Shown piece by piece: positions 48,101-59,318 of a DNA stretch of 64,000 bases. Below the pieces are notes generated by a model. That model had not been told where the DNA came from. It searched no databases and saw nothing but the letters and a program-made list of their open reading frames with translations. The position numbers and the translations under genes were made by a program. This DNA is from Monocercomonoides exilis PA203 (taxonomy: Eukaryota; Protista; Preaxostyla): NCBI GenBank assembly GCA_001643675.2, contig LSRY02000024.1, forward strand, positions 124,001-188,000. Reading direction: 5' to 3'. Numbering within the stretch: position 1 is the first letter of the stretch; every line of letters starts with the position of its first letter.

Positions 48101-49749
48101 ATTGTATATAAAGGAGCGATAGAGGGCGTATGTTGAATGAGAATTTCAAAGAAACAATAATGGAAAATATTGGACGAAGAACAAAGAGGATGGAGAGAGA
48201 AGTCAATAAGTGATAAGATCAGGAGAAGAGAGAGAAATAGAAGAATTTGAATCAACTGTTGTTCTTAGCAATATTTACTTTTCCACAATTCCATCCAGTT
48301 ACTGAATCACTGGACTGGAACGGATAATTTGTTATGTTGAAACATTATTAATAATAGATAACGAACAGTTCTCTTTTTTTGAATATCAAAAAAAATAATA
48401 AAAAATAAAAAATAAAAAATTTATACATATTTTTGACTTTTCCAATATCTTTTCATTTTTATTTTCCAATTATTAGTACTGTTTGGAAAATTGAGAAACT
48501 TGACTTTTTCATTTTGAAGTTTTATCTATTCGTTTTTTGAAATTTTAAAAAAACTTGATCTGAAATTTTCCATTTTCTCTCTTAACATAAAAGAGGTGTG
48601 GTTTTTGCATATGATAATAAAACAAATATTTATAACAGAAATAAAAGTTAAATACTTGCAAAAAATCTATTTTTCTCTATGATCAATAAATACCGTTATA
48701 AATTTTATTTTTTCAATTTTTGATCTTTTTTTATGATATCAAAAAAAAACACCCATATGAAGAAAATTTTTTTTTAAACAGTAAAAAGCAATGAAAAAAT
48801 ATCAAAAGTTATTTTGTTTTTTAAATAATATTGAATTAATTTTTGTGATATGAAGCACTTAAATATTAATATTTTTCATTATGAATTGTGTTTGGTGATG
48901 TTTCTGCCACAACAATCAAAAAATTGAAATATGAAATAATTACGTGATAAAAAAAAAAGCAGTTGATTGAACAGTGGAAAAACTTTTTGCGATAAAAAAA
49001 TATAATATTAACAGCTTTATCTATTCAAATCCTGATCATGTCACAACGCATAAATTTATAATATCTATGACACATGTTTGCAGATATGAAAATCCGATTG
49101 ATTTTGAAATCTGAGAAAGTTTAAGATAGTTCTGAGTGATGCAATGTTTTCATGATTTGCGCAAAATAGCTTGAAAGCCTGTATTTTCCCCCATATATTA
49201 TTTTTTTATTTTCACGTTCAAAATTGTGTAGAATCTCATCAGGTATAGCACAACTTTTTGTGTCTATGTTGGACTGAGATTATACGCAATGTTGCATTGC
49301 GCATCAACATAAAAAAAAGTTATTAATTGATTAATTAATATTGTGTGAAGTTTTCAATTTCATAAAAATTCTTCACAACCACACTTGTTTCAATTGCGAA
49401 TTTAATATTTGTAATAAATATTCATAATTAAGACTTATTCAAACAATATTTTTTAAAATCAAAAATTTGCATTTGAAAATCAAATAAGTTATTATTCATA
49501 GAAAAAAAAAACGCTAAATAATGAAAAATTTGATTATATGTGTGATTATTTTTTATATCATAACTTTTTTCGGAATGAAGATTTTTATTTTAAGTTTTAT
49601 TTCTTTGGAAAGGAATTAATCATTTGAATGAAAAAAATCATTAAAAAATGTTTAAAAAACGACAATGTTTGAGATTTTGATCATTACGAATTTATTTTTG
49701 AAAGGATGTCCAACTTTTCAGAGTTCATTTGTCAAAATTCAAAGTGAAG

Positions 49750-50376
49750 GGTGGTCCTTCATATTTTGCACAAAGAATAACAAATGTGAAAATAAAAAAT
49801 GAATGATCAAAAATTTTTTGATATGGGTAATTCTTTTTGAAAAGTCGCAAATGTTTTATTTTCAAATATATCAAAAATTTCACATTTTGCTCAAATATCT
49901 GCTTTCACTCACGAATCTCCTCAAGAATGTGTGAAATAGCATAATCCTTTAATAGATTCCATATTAGTGAAGTTTGATGTTCGCGGACAAAAATTTGAGC
50001 AAAATATGAAAATTTTGATTTCTTTGAAAATAAAACATGGGTGATTATTTTTGAAATCATAAATTTTTTCGGGGGGTTGATATTTGACAGGTTGTTGTCA
50101 TTGAATAGAGGTTCTACATATAAATGATAAATTCCATCAAAACCATTTCAAATACAAATGTTAAAGCTGAAATAATGATGAAATTGTCTTTAAATAGTAT
50201 CTTCACTATTCACAATTCTTTTGTTAATATTCATGTGATATTTTCTAATAGAAATTTTTGAATGAAATAGTATGATTTCAAAAAAAATCACCCACATTTA
50301 TTACTTTTCATAAAGAATAACCCACATAAATTTTAAAACCATATCAAAATTTTATTATAAAATTTCAAGGACCACC
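49750..50376. mobile_element. Degenerate MITE-like element with nested inverted repeats
   Basis: GGTGGTCCTT...AAGGACCACC ends, an inner inverted pair at ~49851-49897/49994-50038, and the motif TGGGTGATTWTTTTGAAATCATA in both orientations. Confidence 0.45.
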
Positions 50377-51482
50377 TTATTAATTATTGTACCGAAATTT
50401 TTGACTATAAAGTTTCGAATGAGAAAATATTCACCCAATTCACATGTCTCGCAAATTAAATCTTAAAATAATATTGAGACCTCATTTTAGACTCAACGCA
50501 ATTAAATTTTGTTGATGATTTTATTCAATGAGCAATATTCACCGTTTCGACTATTCCATCTGCATCTATCGTTCAAAACACGCTGTTGTCAAAAAATCGA
50601 AAACTCAAAAATATCAACAAAAATGAAGATTTTTGATAACTGCAGATCATCCGAATTGGATGTGTACTTTTCTCCAATAAAACACATCACTACAACAGTG
50701 CTTTTCTGTTTAAAACAAAATCCATCCATTGATATTAATATCCTTTTAAAAACCCAAACATCCAATCGAGAAAAGAAAAAAGAAACACAAAACTTGAAAA
50801 TATCACAAACGAAAATAACTGTGAGTCACATATTGGTGATTGTTTTTATTTTTTTATTCAAATGATTAAATTTGTCAAAATACTTATTGACAAAATTTCA
50901 CAGAACAAAGAATATATAATTCTTGATCAAACATATTTCATAAATACAGAAAACTCAAACTTATCTAAAAAACCAACCTTGTTATCATCACTTTTATTCA
51001 ACATGTCAGTGAACATTATTTTTCCTTATCAAATAAAGGAAATGCTTCAGAGAATGATTGTTAACAATTGTTATTTGTGAAAAACCAATTTTTTTCATTG
51101 AGAAAAAAAATGGAATTAAATAAAAAATATTCAAATAACATGATACGTTGTATATTCAGCAGCAACATATGAATAAGTTTGAAATGAAATAACACTTTAT
51201 ATTTTGAATTGGATAAAATGAACAAAATCATTTTTTATCGAATATGATTAATTAAATCTCAAATGAGTGAATATTCATATTTAAACAAACAGCTAATTTG
51301 AATATTTTTATCACTTTTTTGATATCTTTATTTGTCAAAAAAGACAACTTTCTTTTTGTAAGATTACATAATTATTTTTTCTATAAGACCCATTATTTTT
51401 TTTGAATTGTCATAAACAAAAGAATTTAATTTTTCTTAACAAAATAAAATTCGTTTCTTTCAGTTTTTTTGGAAACATACAG

Positions 51483-54400
51483 ATGCTAATTGTTCTCTTC
51501 AATTTGTGCTTATTTTTCGGGGTTTGCGCATCAAATGATTGCTTCAATCGCCATTTTGAGACTTTGACGAATTATGAGACAAATATCCCATTATCAAGCC
51601 CTTCTCTTCATGAACTCAATCAAGAAAATAAGGATACATTGACATATACGCTCAGTTATAAGGAAAGTGAGAAGGAAGAAAAAACATGTCTAACTTCATC
51701 GAATCACCAACAGTTGTTTTATCTTGTCAATTCTTCAGTGGATTTGAATCAAATGAACTTGTTGTCAAATTTAAAAACATGCTCCCTCAGTGGAGATTTG
51801 CTTTCTTTGATAAATATCTCGAGTTGCAGTTTTTTCATTTCATCCTCATCCTTGAGTTCATTCATCACATCTTCGGGCAAAGTCGCAATGTCAAAAATAA
51901 GAATCGTGCTGGATGATTGTTCACAAGCAATCAAACAATCAATTGTTCATATTGCAAAGCACGGTTCATTGACAATAAGCAACTCAATGATGAAAAATGT
52001 CGCATTGGCAGAATTGGATGGAACAGTGTTGTATTCTGGAAAGGCGTCAAATACTGCGTTGGTGAATTGTCATTTTCAGAACATTTCAATTGTTCATCAT
52101 TCAGCAGATATCCATTTCAAAAAACATTCAGCAGAGTGTATTGAGGTTTCTTCTTCAGATTTCATAAACTGCGTTCAGCCTTATTACGGATCAATTGTAG
52201 CCCCATCTTGCATATCTTTCATAGTGAAAAACTCATCTTTCAATTCATGCCAAAATACTATCATTGTCTCAAACGAGTCATTTGATCAGAGACAGTCTTT
52301 CAATGAAGGAAACATTTCATTTATTGATTGTTTCTTCAAATGCTCATCTCCAAAAAATGCTGGTGGAGCTTTGTATTTCTTATCTGAAAATGTCATCTGC
52401 CTTGTTTTTCGATGCCTCTTCAATGAGTGCTCTTGTGGATCAGAAGGCTCAAACTTCAACGGTGGATCAATGTACTCAAGTTCATGTAGAAAAGTTGATG
52501 TTTTTGATTCAAATTGCACAAATTGCAATTCAACATATTGTTGCGGAGGAATCACATCAAATGATGACAAATCAGTTGTTATAAAAAACTGTCTTTTCTT
52601 CAATTGTCGTTCAATTCACTATGCAGCCATTTTAATCCTGTTCACGAATGGTGCATTGATTGATTCAACAATCGTTTCTGAATGCATAGCGAATTCAAAT
52701 CCTGGTTTATGTTTTTGGAACGCAAATGGAAAGGGATTTGTTAATGATTGTTGTTTCAGAAAATGTGTTGCAGATAGAGTTGGAACAATAACGTTAAATA
52801 TGAATTTTGAAGTGACTCCAGGAGGGTCAATGAAATACTGCTTTTTCGATGGAAACAAGGCAAGTGACTCATCAGTTGGAAATGACATTACGCTTGTTGG
52901 TAGTTGGGTTGGAAAAATATCTGATTCAGATGTAATTGAATGCAGTTCAACAAGCGACCATCCACGAGTCGTTGATGGCTCTGTCAATAAAGATTATTGG
53001 CTTCCTGATCCTGTTGCATCTCTCGAAGGTCTTGATCAGTTGTTTGTTTCCTGGCTGAGGGGAGCAGATGAACCTGGCTGTGGATATCGGGCTAGACCAT
53101 TCAAAACCATTGGACATGCATTGATCAAGCGTTCAACACAAAATGTGGTTGTTTTCAGCGGGAATTATGAAGAAAACAGTATTTCAATTGATTCGTTCAA
53201 AATGGAATTCATCGGACACAGATGCGACAACTCGGTTGTTCGCTCCAGAGATGTGATTTCCGGAAAGTCACTCATTTCAGTGGAAAATGGAGAGCTGATC
53301 ATTTCAGCATTCACACTCATCCTCGATTCAGCAACCTCAGCCAGTGGCAGTCTTTTGTCTGTGAATGGAAATGGAGCTGCACGTCTGGATGGATGCGAGA
53401 TTCGAAGCGAATCTGATAGCCAGGCACAGTCATTCAGTCGATCTTTGATTGATGCAAAAGACGGATCAACAACAATCATCAATAATTGCTTGTTCAAGCA
53501 CATCTGCCTGGAGAATATTCCCTTGATTTCAATGGAATCTGTGAACGATATTGCCTTCTCAGGATCAGTGTTTGATGGCATTGTGCGAAAGTCAGGAAAC
53601 GGTTCATTGGTTGAAGTGACTGTAGATGAAGGTGAGAAATTGAGTCTTGTGGATTTCAGGATTCGCGACTGCTCGTGTCTTGATGGAAATGGTGGTGCAT
53701 TGATGGTGAAGATGAATGATGGAAGCGAAGTGGCAATTGGAAATAAAAGCTCAAATGAATTTGGAAGTTGCTTCGAACAATGCAAGGCAAAAAAAGGAGC
53801 ATATGAAAGAGGCGTTGGAGGAGGAATCATGATTGACTGCGCAGCTGGAGGGAAAACTTTTGATTTTGGAAATATCAACTTCACAGGGAACAAAGCTGAA
53901 TATGGAAAGAATGTATTTGTGGTTGCCACAGAGCTTGAAGAGTTGTGCTCTCGCTCAAAGTTTGGCTTTATTCTTGATGAGAATGTGTTGGATGAGCTGA
54001 TGGGATTTGAGGAAAGCGAAATAGGTGCTGCAATTCCTCTTGTTCTGTTTTGGATACCATTTCCTTTGGTCGTGACTGTGAGCGGATCAGCTGGCTCAGA
54101 TCATCTGAGATGTGGATTTTCAGTGTCTCCTTGCAGAACATTGCAATATGCTGTAAGGACTCATTTCAGTTCTTCCATAAGAAAAATCAAATTTGTCCCT
54201 CCTTTCAAGTTTGATCATTCAACTGTTTTTGATGACCGGGGATATGATATTTCTGTTGAAACGAAGGGAACAGTGATTGAGGTTGCTGGGGATTCGTCAT
54301 CGCCTGAGAACGGGTTTATTGAAACAAGAATAGACACAGATATTTCAAATATCTCGTTTTCTCTTCCGTCCTCGTTGCCTCAGAGCAAGCCATTTCTCTG

Positions 54401-57400
54401 CTGCACTTCGCATTCGTTGAGTCTCCACAACTGCTGCATCGTTCCATCAAAAAGTGATGTGGTTGTTGAATACAGCTTTTGCTGTGTTCTCAATGGAACA
54501 ATGTGCCTTGATCAATTCGAAATTGTAGACACATGTTTTGGGAGCTTTTCAGCTATTTGTGTGAGCGGAGAGAATGCAGAAGGAACACTGGATGCAGCGT
54601 TTCTGAGGAATGTCACAAGCAATTCAAATGATGGGCTGATTTCAGCGGAGGAAAGAGGATCCATTTCCATCCAAAACTCAGAGTTTTCATCTTGCACATT
54701 GGACAGTTGCAGTGTCGTGTTCAGCAAAAATGGAAAAAATATGAATATCACAAACACTGATTTTCATTCAATAACACGTCAGAAGCAGAATGGTGCTTGC
54801 CTCTGCATTTCGAGTGATGACGACTCTGCAGCTATGTCTGTCAATGCTTCGAATTGCGAGTTTGTGAATTGTGGTGTTGAGTCAGAATCAAATGGAGGAG
54901 GAGCAATTTTTGTATGCTCAGGGGATCAAAGCTCATTGACATTCGAACAATGCAGTTTCACTTCGTGCCAAGCACCTTGGTCTCAACAAGGCATCTCAAA
55001 GAATGGAAGAGGTGGTGCACTTTTTCTTGATTTGCCTGGAGAGAATCCCTCATTCACAATTGCAGATCCCACATTCTCAGACAACAAAGCAGAACATGGA
55101 AAAAACATGTTTCTGAAGTGCAACGATCTGAATTCCACTGTTACAAACGATAAATTTGCCTTTCAGTATGGACAGATGGCGAGTGATGAAACACTTTTTG
55201 ATGGAAGCGATACGAAGTTTTTGAATACTGATCTTTTCCGATTCCTCATCAAATATGAGAGCGGAACAGTGTTTGTGTCTGAAGATGGAGCTGATGTTTT
55301 GAGATGTGGAAGCAATGAAGATCCTTGCAAATCCTTTTGGAAAGGGATGAAACAAATCAAGTCCGATTCTGATGAAAAGAAAATCATGCTGAAAGGAGAG
55401 TGCTCAATCAGAGACGAATATCATATTTCTGATTTGGAAATTGAATCATCAACAATCACAATCGATGAGCCTGAAATGGGCATTTTGATGTTTGAGAATG
55501 TGTCTCCTGATGAAAAAGTGTTGCTGAACGTTAATCGCAAGGTGACAATTAATCATGTTCGAATGTCCACAAGCTCAGATTTTGTGTGTCTGAATGATGC
55601 TCTCATCGCCTGCCAAAATGGAAACATCACAATGATGAGTTGCCAGTTCCACTCACTTGCTCCACACAAAAATCCCCTTTCTGTTGCATTTATCCAAATT
55701 CTCAAGGGATGTTTGATGATTCAAGATTTGGAAGTGGAGTCGATAAACATTGGACGAAGCATGATCGAAACTTCCAACAAGGCGAATGTTGGAATTATTG
55801 ACATGAAAATCCAATCAGTGAATCTGACTGATGGAAGTCTTGTAGATGTTGTATACATTCCAACAAGTGAAAGAAATGAAGAGAAAAAACAGATTCAAAT
55901 CAACTCTTCCTCTTTTCTTTCAGTGAACGGAAAGAATGATGAGAGCCGTGTTCTGAGTTGCATCGACTCCACAAACACAAATATATTCGTTGTGTACTCA
56001 AACTTTTCTGGATGCCAGTCACCAGAAACACAAAAAGGAGGATGCATTCTCATTGAGCTGTGCGAGGGAGGCTTATTCAACTTGAAAAAATGCCTCGTGG
56101 AAATGTGCGGGTGTTCCACAACAAATGGAAGGGGAGGTGGACTTTATTTGAGAACAGAACTCGCAACAAAGCTCAGCATGCACATCGAGCCATTGAAGTT
56201 CGATTCAAACACAGCCCAGGTGGGGCGAGATATGTTTGTTGAGTGCATCAATCTGAACACACAAATAAATGAAACAATGTTCAAAATGGATTTTGATCCG
56301 AGTGTTTTTGTTCGTCTGAATGCAATCTATGGGATTGACCGAAACGAATTTTCTTCCGAGCCTGTCAATCTTCTCGACTTCATTCTCATATTCCAGTCAG
56401 ATTCGATTGTTGTTAGCTCGGAGCAAACCAAAGGAGGGAATGACACGCAGCAGTGTGGAACTCTTGCCCTTCCTTGCACTACCATTGGATACTCTCTCAT
56501 CCATCTCACCCACAAAGTGGACAGCAGGCTTCTTGTCGACTTGCAGAGTGTGATCGACTGTGAAATCGAACTCTGCGATGTGACGATGACCTCTCGAAAG
56601 AAGACAGCAGCTTCAATTGAAATTGAGGAAATCACAGAATTTGAAAAGAGTTGCATTGTTAATTGTTCTGGCTCAGTTGCTCTGAAGTTGATTTCTTTCC
56701 ACTTCCCAACAGAAATAACAACAGCTCACTCCTCATTCTTGTATTCAGAGCATGCAGCCCTCTCAATTGAAAGTTGTCAATTCTCAGGGATGTCAAACAT
56801 TTACGAGTCACACATTTCATTTGCACTTGTGGAAATAGTTGGTTCAGAGCTGAGTATCCTTGATCTCTTGATTGAAAACATCTCTGTGGCATATCCTTAT
56901 CTGATTCACATTCACTCGTTTTGTGGGGATTTGTCTCTCGACAAGCTGAGAGTGAAATCTGTCAATGTGGAGAAGAATATGGCATTTGTTAAAGGGAAGG
57001 AAGATGACAATATATGTGTGGCTGGAGAATCTTTCGATTTTCTCCTCTCAAAGTTCGAAAATATCAGCATTTCTGGTGAACAATCAACAGTGATTAATGT
57101 TGAAAAATGTGCCAGTTGTGTCAGATGTGCAAATATATCGCTGACTCACAAAAGCGTGGCAAACAAGAAAGGAAGTGCTTTGACAATGAGTTCATGTCAA
57201 AACATTGCTCTGGATTCCTGTTTGTTTGATGGGACAATGGATGTTGGCGACAAAAGGGATGAGCTGAATGCTGGGCAAGATGAAGTCTGCCGATGGAACG
57301 GATCAATGGTGGAACTGAAAGATTCATCAGCAACAGTGAAAGACACCATCATATCGAATGCCTCAAATGGAGGGTTGTCTGTGTGTGGCGGAACCGTTGT

Positions 57401-59318
57401 CATTGAAATGGGGTTGTTCACAAATAACAATCCAAGATTCTCAAAATACCCATCACTCAGAAGAAACATTATCTGTTCAGATTCAGGATCACTGAGCATC
57501 ACAAGTTTGAAAGGAGGAGATGGATGGGAAAGAAATACTTCCCTTTGGATGCTGAATGATGTGTGCGGTTTTGGAGGAATTGTTTCTGAAAGGGGATCAT
57601 CATTCTTCATTCCTGTGCTGGAGAGTGTGAAAAGCGAAGAGAATGGAACAAATACAAATCTCAAATTTGAAGGATCGCTTTTTCTGCCTTGCAATTTGTC
57701 ATTCTCTGTTTCGTTCAAAGAAGGTGACGAGGAATTGATTGAAACATTTAACTTCGAAGAATCAGACTTTGAATCAGAAAATGCAGTTGTTGGAGTGATT
57801 GATACAGAGCTATTAAGAAAAGCTGGCGATGGAACAGAAGTGTCAGTGAAAATTTTGTTTGGAAGAAAAGCTTCGCCATCATTCACTGATTCATTCATCC
57901 TGAAGAATAAAAGTGAGACTGAACCAAAGGGAGATGAAAAACTCGTTGAAGGAGAAAGAGAAGGAAAACCATCATGGGCTCTTATAATCGCTGTTCTATT
58001 TGTTGTTCTATTCTTTATTGTTCTAATTGTTGCTATTGCTTTTATTGTTCGGTGGAGAAAGCAAAAAAGACGGACTGAAGAATTGGAAATAATTGTGGAA
58101 GATACAGTGAAGAAGGATCCAAAGGCGTTTGAGATGGTGACGATGGAGATGTCACCTGAGGCGCAGTGGCGAAGGGCTGAGAGGGAGGCTGAGAAGAAGA
58201 ATGAAGAGAGAATAAAGAAGAGGGTGTATGAGAAAAGCTTGGGACATTCAGAGTCCTCTGAACATCTTCTTTCTGAGAGTGGCTCCACTGAATACATATT
58301 AGGCAGAGATTCAGACAAGATTCCTCAATGGATGCTGGAGAAGGTTGATGAGAAGGAAATTGAAAATGAGGAGACAAAAAAGAGAACACCATCACCATCC
58401 ATCTCATCCACTTCGACGATGGACACTTCAGACACAGATACAACGTTTGTTCGGAGGGAAGATCTGTGCCCAACCACTTCATCCATGTCGAATCTGGTGG
58501 ATGCAATGGCATGCTCATCTCCTCATGAGAAGCTGATTGTGGATTTGAGAGATTCGCTGTTTATGCTGCTTCATGGAAGGAACGAGAAGAAAGAGATGGC
58601 GATTGGGAGTTTGAAGGAGAGAGAGATGACAGCTGCTCAGATCCTATTCTGGGTGGCGAATGGAGCACTTCATTCATTTGATGAAGAAAAAGAATTGCCT
58701 TCGCTGGCCAGTCTGAGTCCTCACATTGTTTTGTTTTCTGAGCACATGGTCATCTGCATTGTGATGCATTCTGATTTCCTTTCATCTGAAGACTCGGATT
58801 CATCCTCAATCTCATCATCAACAGTTGTAACATCTGCCAGTGGTAATGATGAGGACTCCCTTCCATCATCAGCATTTGAGGATGAGGATGATTACAAAAA
58901 GGAATGTCTGAGGTGGAAGGCACCAGAATTGCTGTTGAATAGGAAGATTGGAGCTTCAAAGGAATCTGTTTCATTCTCGATCGGGATGATGTTGTGGGAG
59001 TGCCTGTCCCTTCAAATTCCATTTGGTGAGTATGAGGCAGAGGTGGCAGGACAGAAGATTGTGAACGGAGAAAGACCAAAACTCGGGATAGTTGAGCAAT
59101 CGCATTTGAACTTAGTTGTGAGATCCTGTTGGAGTGACAATTTTTCTGAGAGGATGTCCCTAACTGCTCTGAAAAGGGAGTTCATCCATCGCTTTCCCGA
59201 GGGATGTGTGATGCTAACGATGTCTGATGCCATCGCTCTAGAAGAATCAGGTGAAGATGAAGCCAATGGAAGCGCAATTGAGAGCGGGGATGACGGTGGC
59301 ACACTGTTTTCAAGATAA
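51483..59318 (+). CDS. Giant (~2610 aa) type I surface protein with beta-helix/Pmp-like repeats, TM helix and tyrosine-kinase-like pseudokinase tail
   Basis: Uninterrupted ORF with signal-like start MLIVLFNLCLFFGVCAS. TM segment WALIIAVLFVVLFFIVLIVAIAFIV followed by RWRKQKRR. Kinase motifs LRWKAPELL, SFSIGMMLWECLSLQIPF, GERP and CWSDNFSER. Confidence 0.9.
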   Translation: MLIVLFNLCLFFGVCASNDCFNRHFETLTNYETNIPLSSPSLHELNQENKDTLTYTLSYKESEKEEKTCLTSSNHQQLFYLVNSSVDLNQMNLLSNLKTCSLSGDLLSLINISSCSFFISSSSLSSFITSSGKVAMSKIRIVLDDCSQAIKQSIVHIAKHGSLTISNSMMKNVALAELDGTVLYSGKASNTALVNCHFQNISIVHHSADIHFKKHSAECIEVSSSDFINCVQPYYGSIVAPSCISFIVKNSSFNSCQNTIIVSNESFDQRQSFNEGNISFIDCFFKCSSPKNAGGALYFLSENVICLVFRCLFNECSCGSEGSNFNGGSMYSSSCRKVDVFDSNCTNCNSTYCCGGITSNDDKSVVIKNCLFFNCRSIHYAAILILFTNGALIDSTIVSECIANSNPGLCFWNANGKGFVNDCCFRKCVADRVGTITLNMNFEVTPGGSMKYCFFDGNKASDSSVGNDITLVGSWVGKISDSDVIECSSTSDHPRVVDGSVNKDYWLPDPVASLEGLDQLFVSWLRGADEPGCGYRARPFKTIGHALIKRSTQNVVVFSGNYEENSISIDSFKMEFIGHRCDNSVVRSRDVISGKSLISVENGELIISAFTLILDSATSASGSLLSVNGNGAARLDGCEIRSESDSQAQSFSRSLIDAKDGSTTIINNCLFKHICLENIPLISMESVNDIAFSGSVFDGIVRKSGNGSLVEVTVDEGEKLSLVDFRIRDCSCLDGNGGALMVKMNDGSEVAIGNKSSNEFGSCFEQCKAKKGAYERGVGGGIMIDCAAGGKTFDFGNINFTGNKAEYGKNVFVVATELEELCSRSKFGFILDENVLDELMGFEESEIGAAIPLVLFWIPFPLVVTVSGSAGSDHLRCGFSVSPCRTLQYAVRTHFSSSIRKIKFVPPFKFDHSTVFDDRGYDISVETKGTVIEVAGDSSSPENGFIETRIDTDISNISFSLPSSLPQSKPFLCCTSHSLSLHNCCIVPSKSDVVVEYSFCCVLNGTMCLDQFEIVDTCFGSFSAICVSGENAEGTLDAAFLRNVTSNSNDGLISAEERGSISIQNSEFSSCTLDSCSVVFSKNGKNMNITNTDFHSITRQKQNGACLCISSDDDSAAMSVNASNCEFVNCGVESESNGGGAIFVCSGDQSSLTFEQCSFTSCQAPWSQQGISKNGRGGALFLDLPGENPSFTIADPTFSDNKAEHGKNMFLKCNDLNSTVTNDKFAFQYGQMASDETLFDGSDTKFLNTDLFRFLIKYESGTVFVSEDGADVLRCGSNEDPCKSFWKGMKQIKSDSDEKKIMLKGECSIRDEYHISDLEIESSTITIDEPEMGILMFENVSPDEKVLLNVNRKVTINHVRMSTSSDFVCLNDALIACQNGNITMMSCQFHSLAPHKNPLSVAFIQILKGCLMIQDLEVESINIGRSMIETSNKANVGIIDMKIQSVNLTDGSLVDVVYIPTSERNEEKKQIQINSSSFLSVNGKNDESRVLSCIDSTNTNIFVVYSNFSGCQSPETQKGGCILIELCEGGLFNLKKCLVEMCGCSTTNGRGGGLYLRTELATKLSMHIEPLKFDSNTAQVGRDMFVECINLNTQINETMFKMDFDPSVFVRLNAIYGIDRNEFSSEPVNLLDFILIFQSDSIVVSSEQTKGGNDTQQCGTLALPCTTIGYSLIHLTHKVDSRLLVDLQSVIDCEIELCDVTMTSRKKTAASIEIEEITEFEKSCIVNCSGSVALKLISFHFPTEITTAHSSFLYSEHAALSIESCQFSGMSNIYESHISFALVEIVGSELSILDLLIENISVAYPYLIHIHSFCGDLSLDKLRVKSVNVEKNMAFVKGKEDDNICVAGESFDFLLSKFENISISGEQSTVINVEKCASCVRCANISLTHKSVANKKGSALTMSSCQNIALDSCLFDGTMDVGDKRDELNAGQDEVCRWNGSMVELKDSSATVKDTIISNASNGGLSVCGGTVVIEMGLFTNNNPRFSKYPSLRRNIICSDSGSLSITSLKGGDGWERNTSLWMLNDVCGFGGIVSERGSSFFIPVLESVKSEENGTNTNLKFEGSLFLPCNLSFSVSFKEGDEELIETFNFEESDFESENAVVGVIDTELLRKAGDGTEVSVKILFGRKASPSFTDSFILKNKSETEPKGDEKLVEGEREGKPSWALIIAVLFVVLFFIVLIVAIAFIVRWRKQKRRTEELEIIVEDTVKKDPKAFEMVTMEMSPEAQWRRAEREAEKKNEERIKKRVYEKSLGHSESSEHLLSESGSTEYILGRDSDKIPQWMLEKVDEKEIENEETKKRTPSPSISSTSTMDTSDTDTTFVRREDLCPTTSSMSNLVDAMACSSPHEKLIVDLRDSLFMLLHGRNEKKEMAIGSLKEREMTAAQILFWVANGALHSFDEEKELPSLASLSPHIVLFSEHMVICIVMHSDFLSSEDSDSSSISSSTVVTSASGNDEDSLPSSAFEDEDDYKKECLRWKAPELLLNRKIGASKESVSFSIGMMLWECLSLQIPFGEYEAEVAGQKIVNGERPKLGIVEQSHLNLVVRSCWSDNFSERMSLTALKREFIHRFPEGCVMLTMSDAIALEESGEDEANGSAIESGDDGGTLFSR

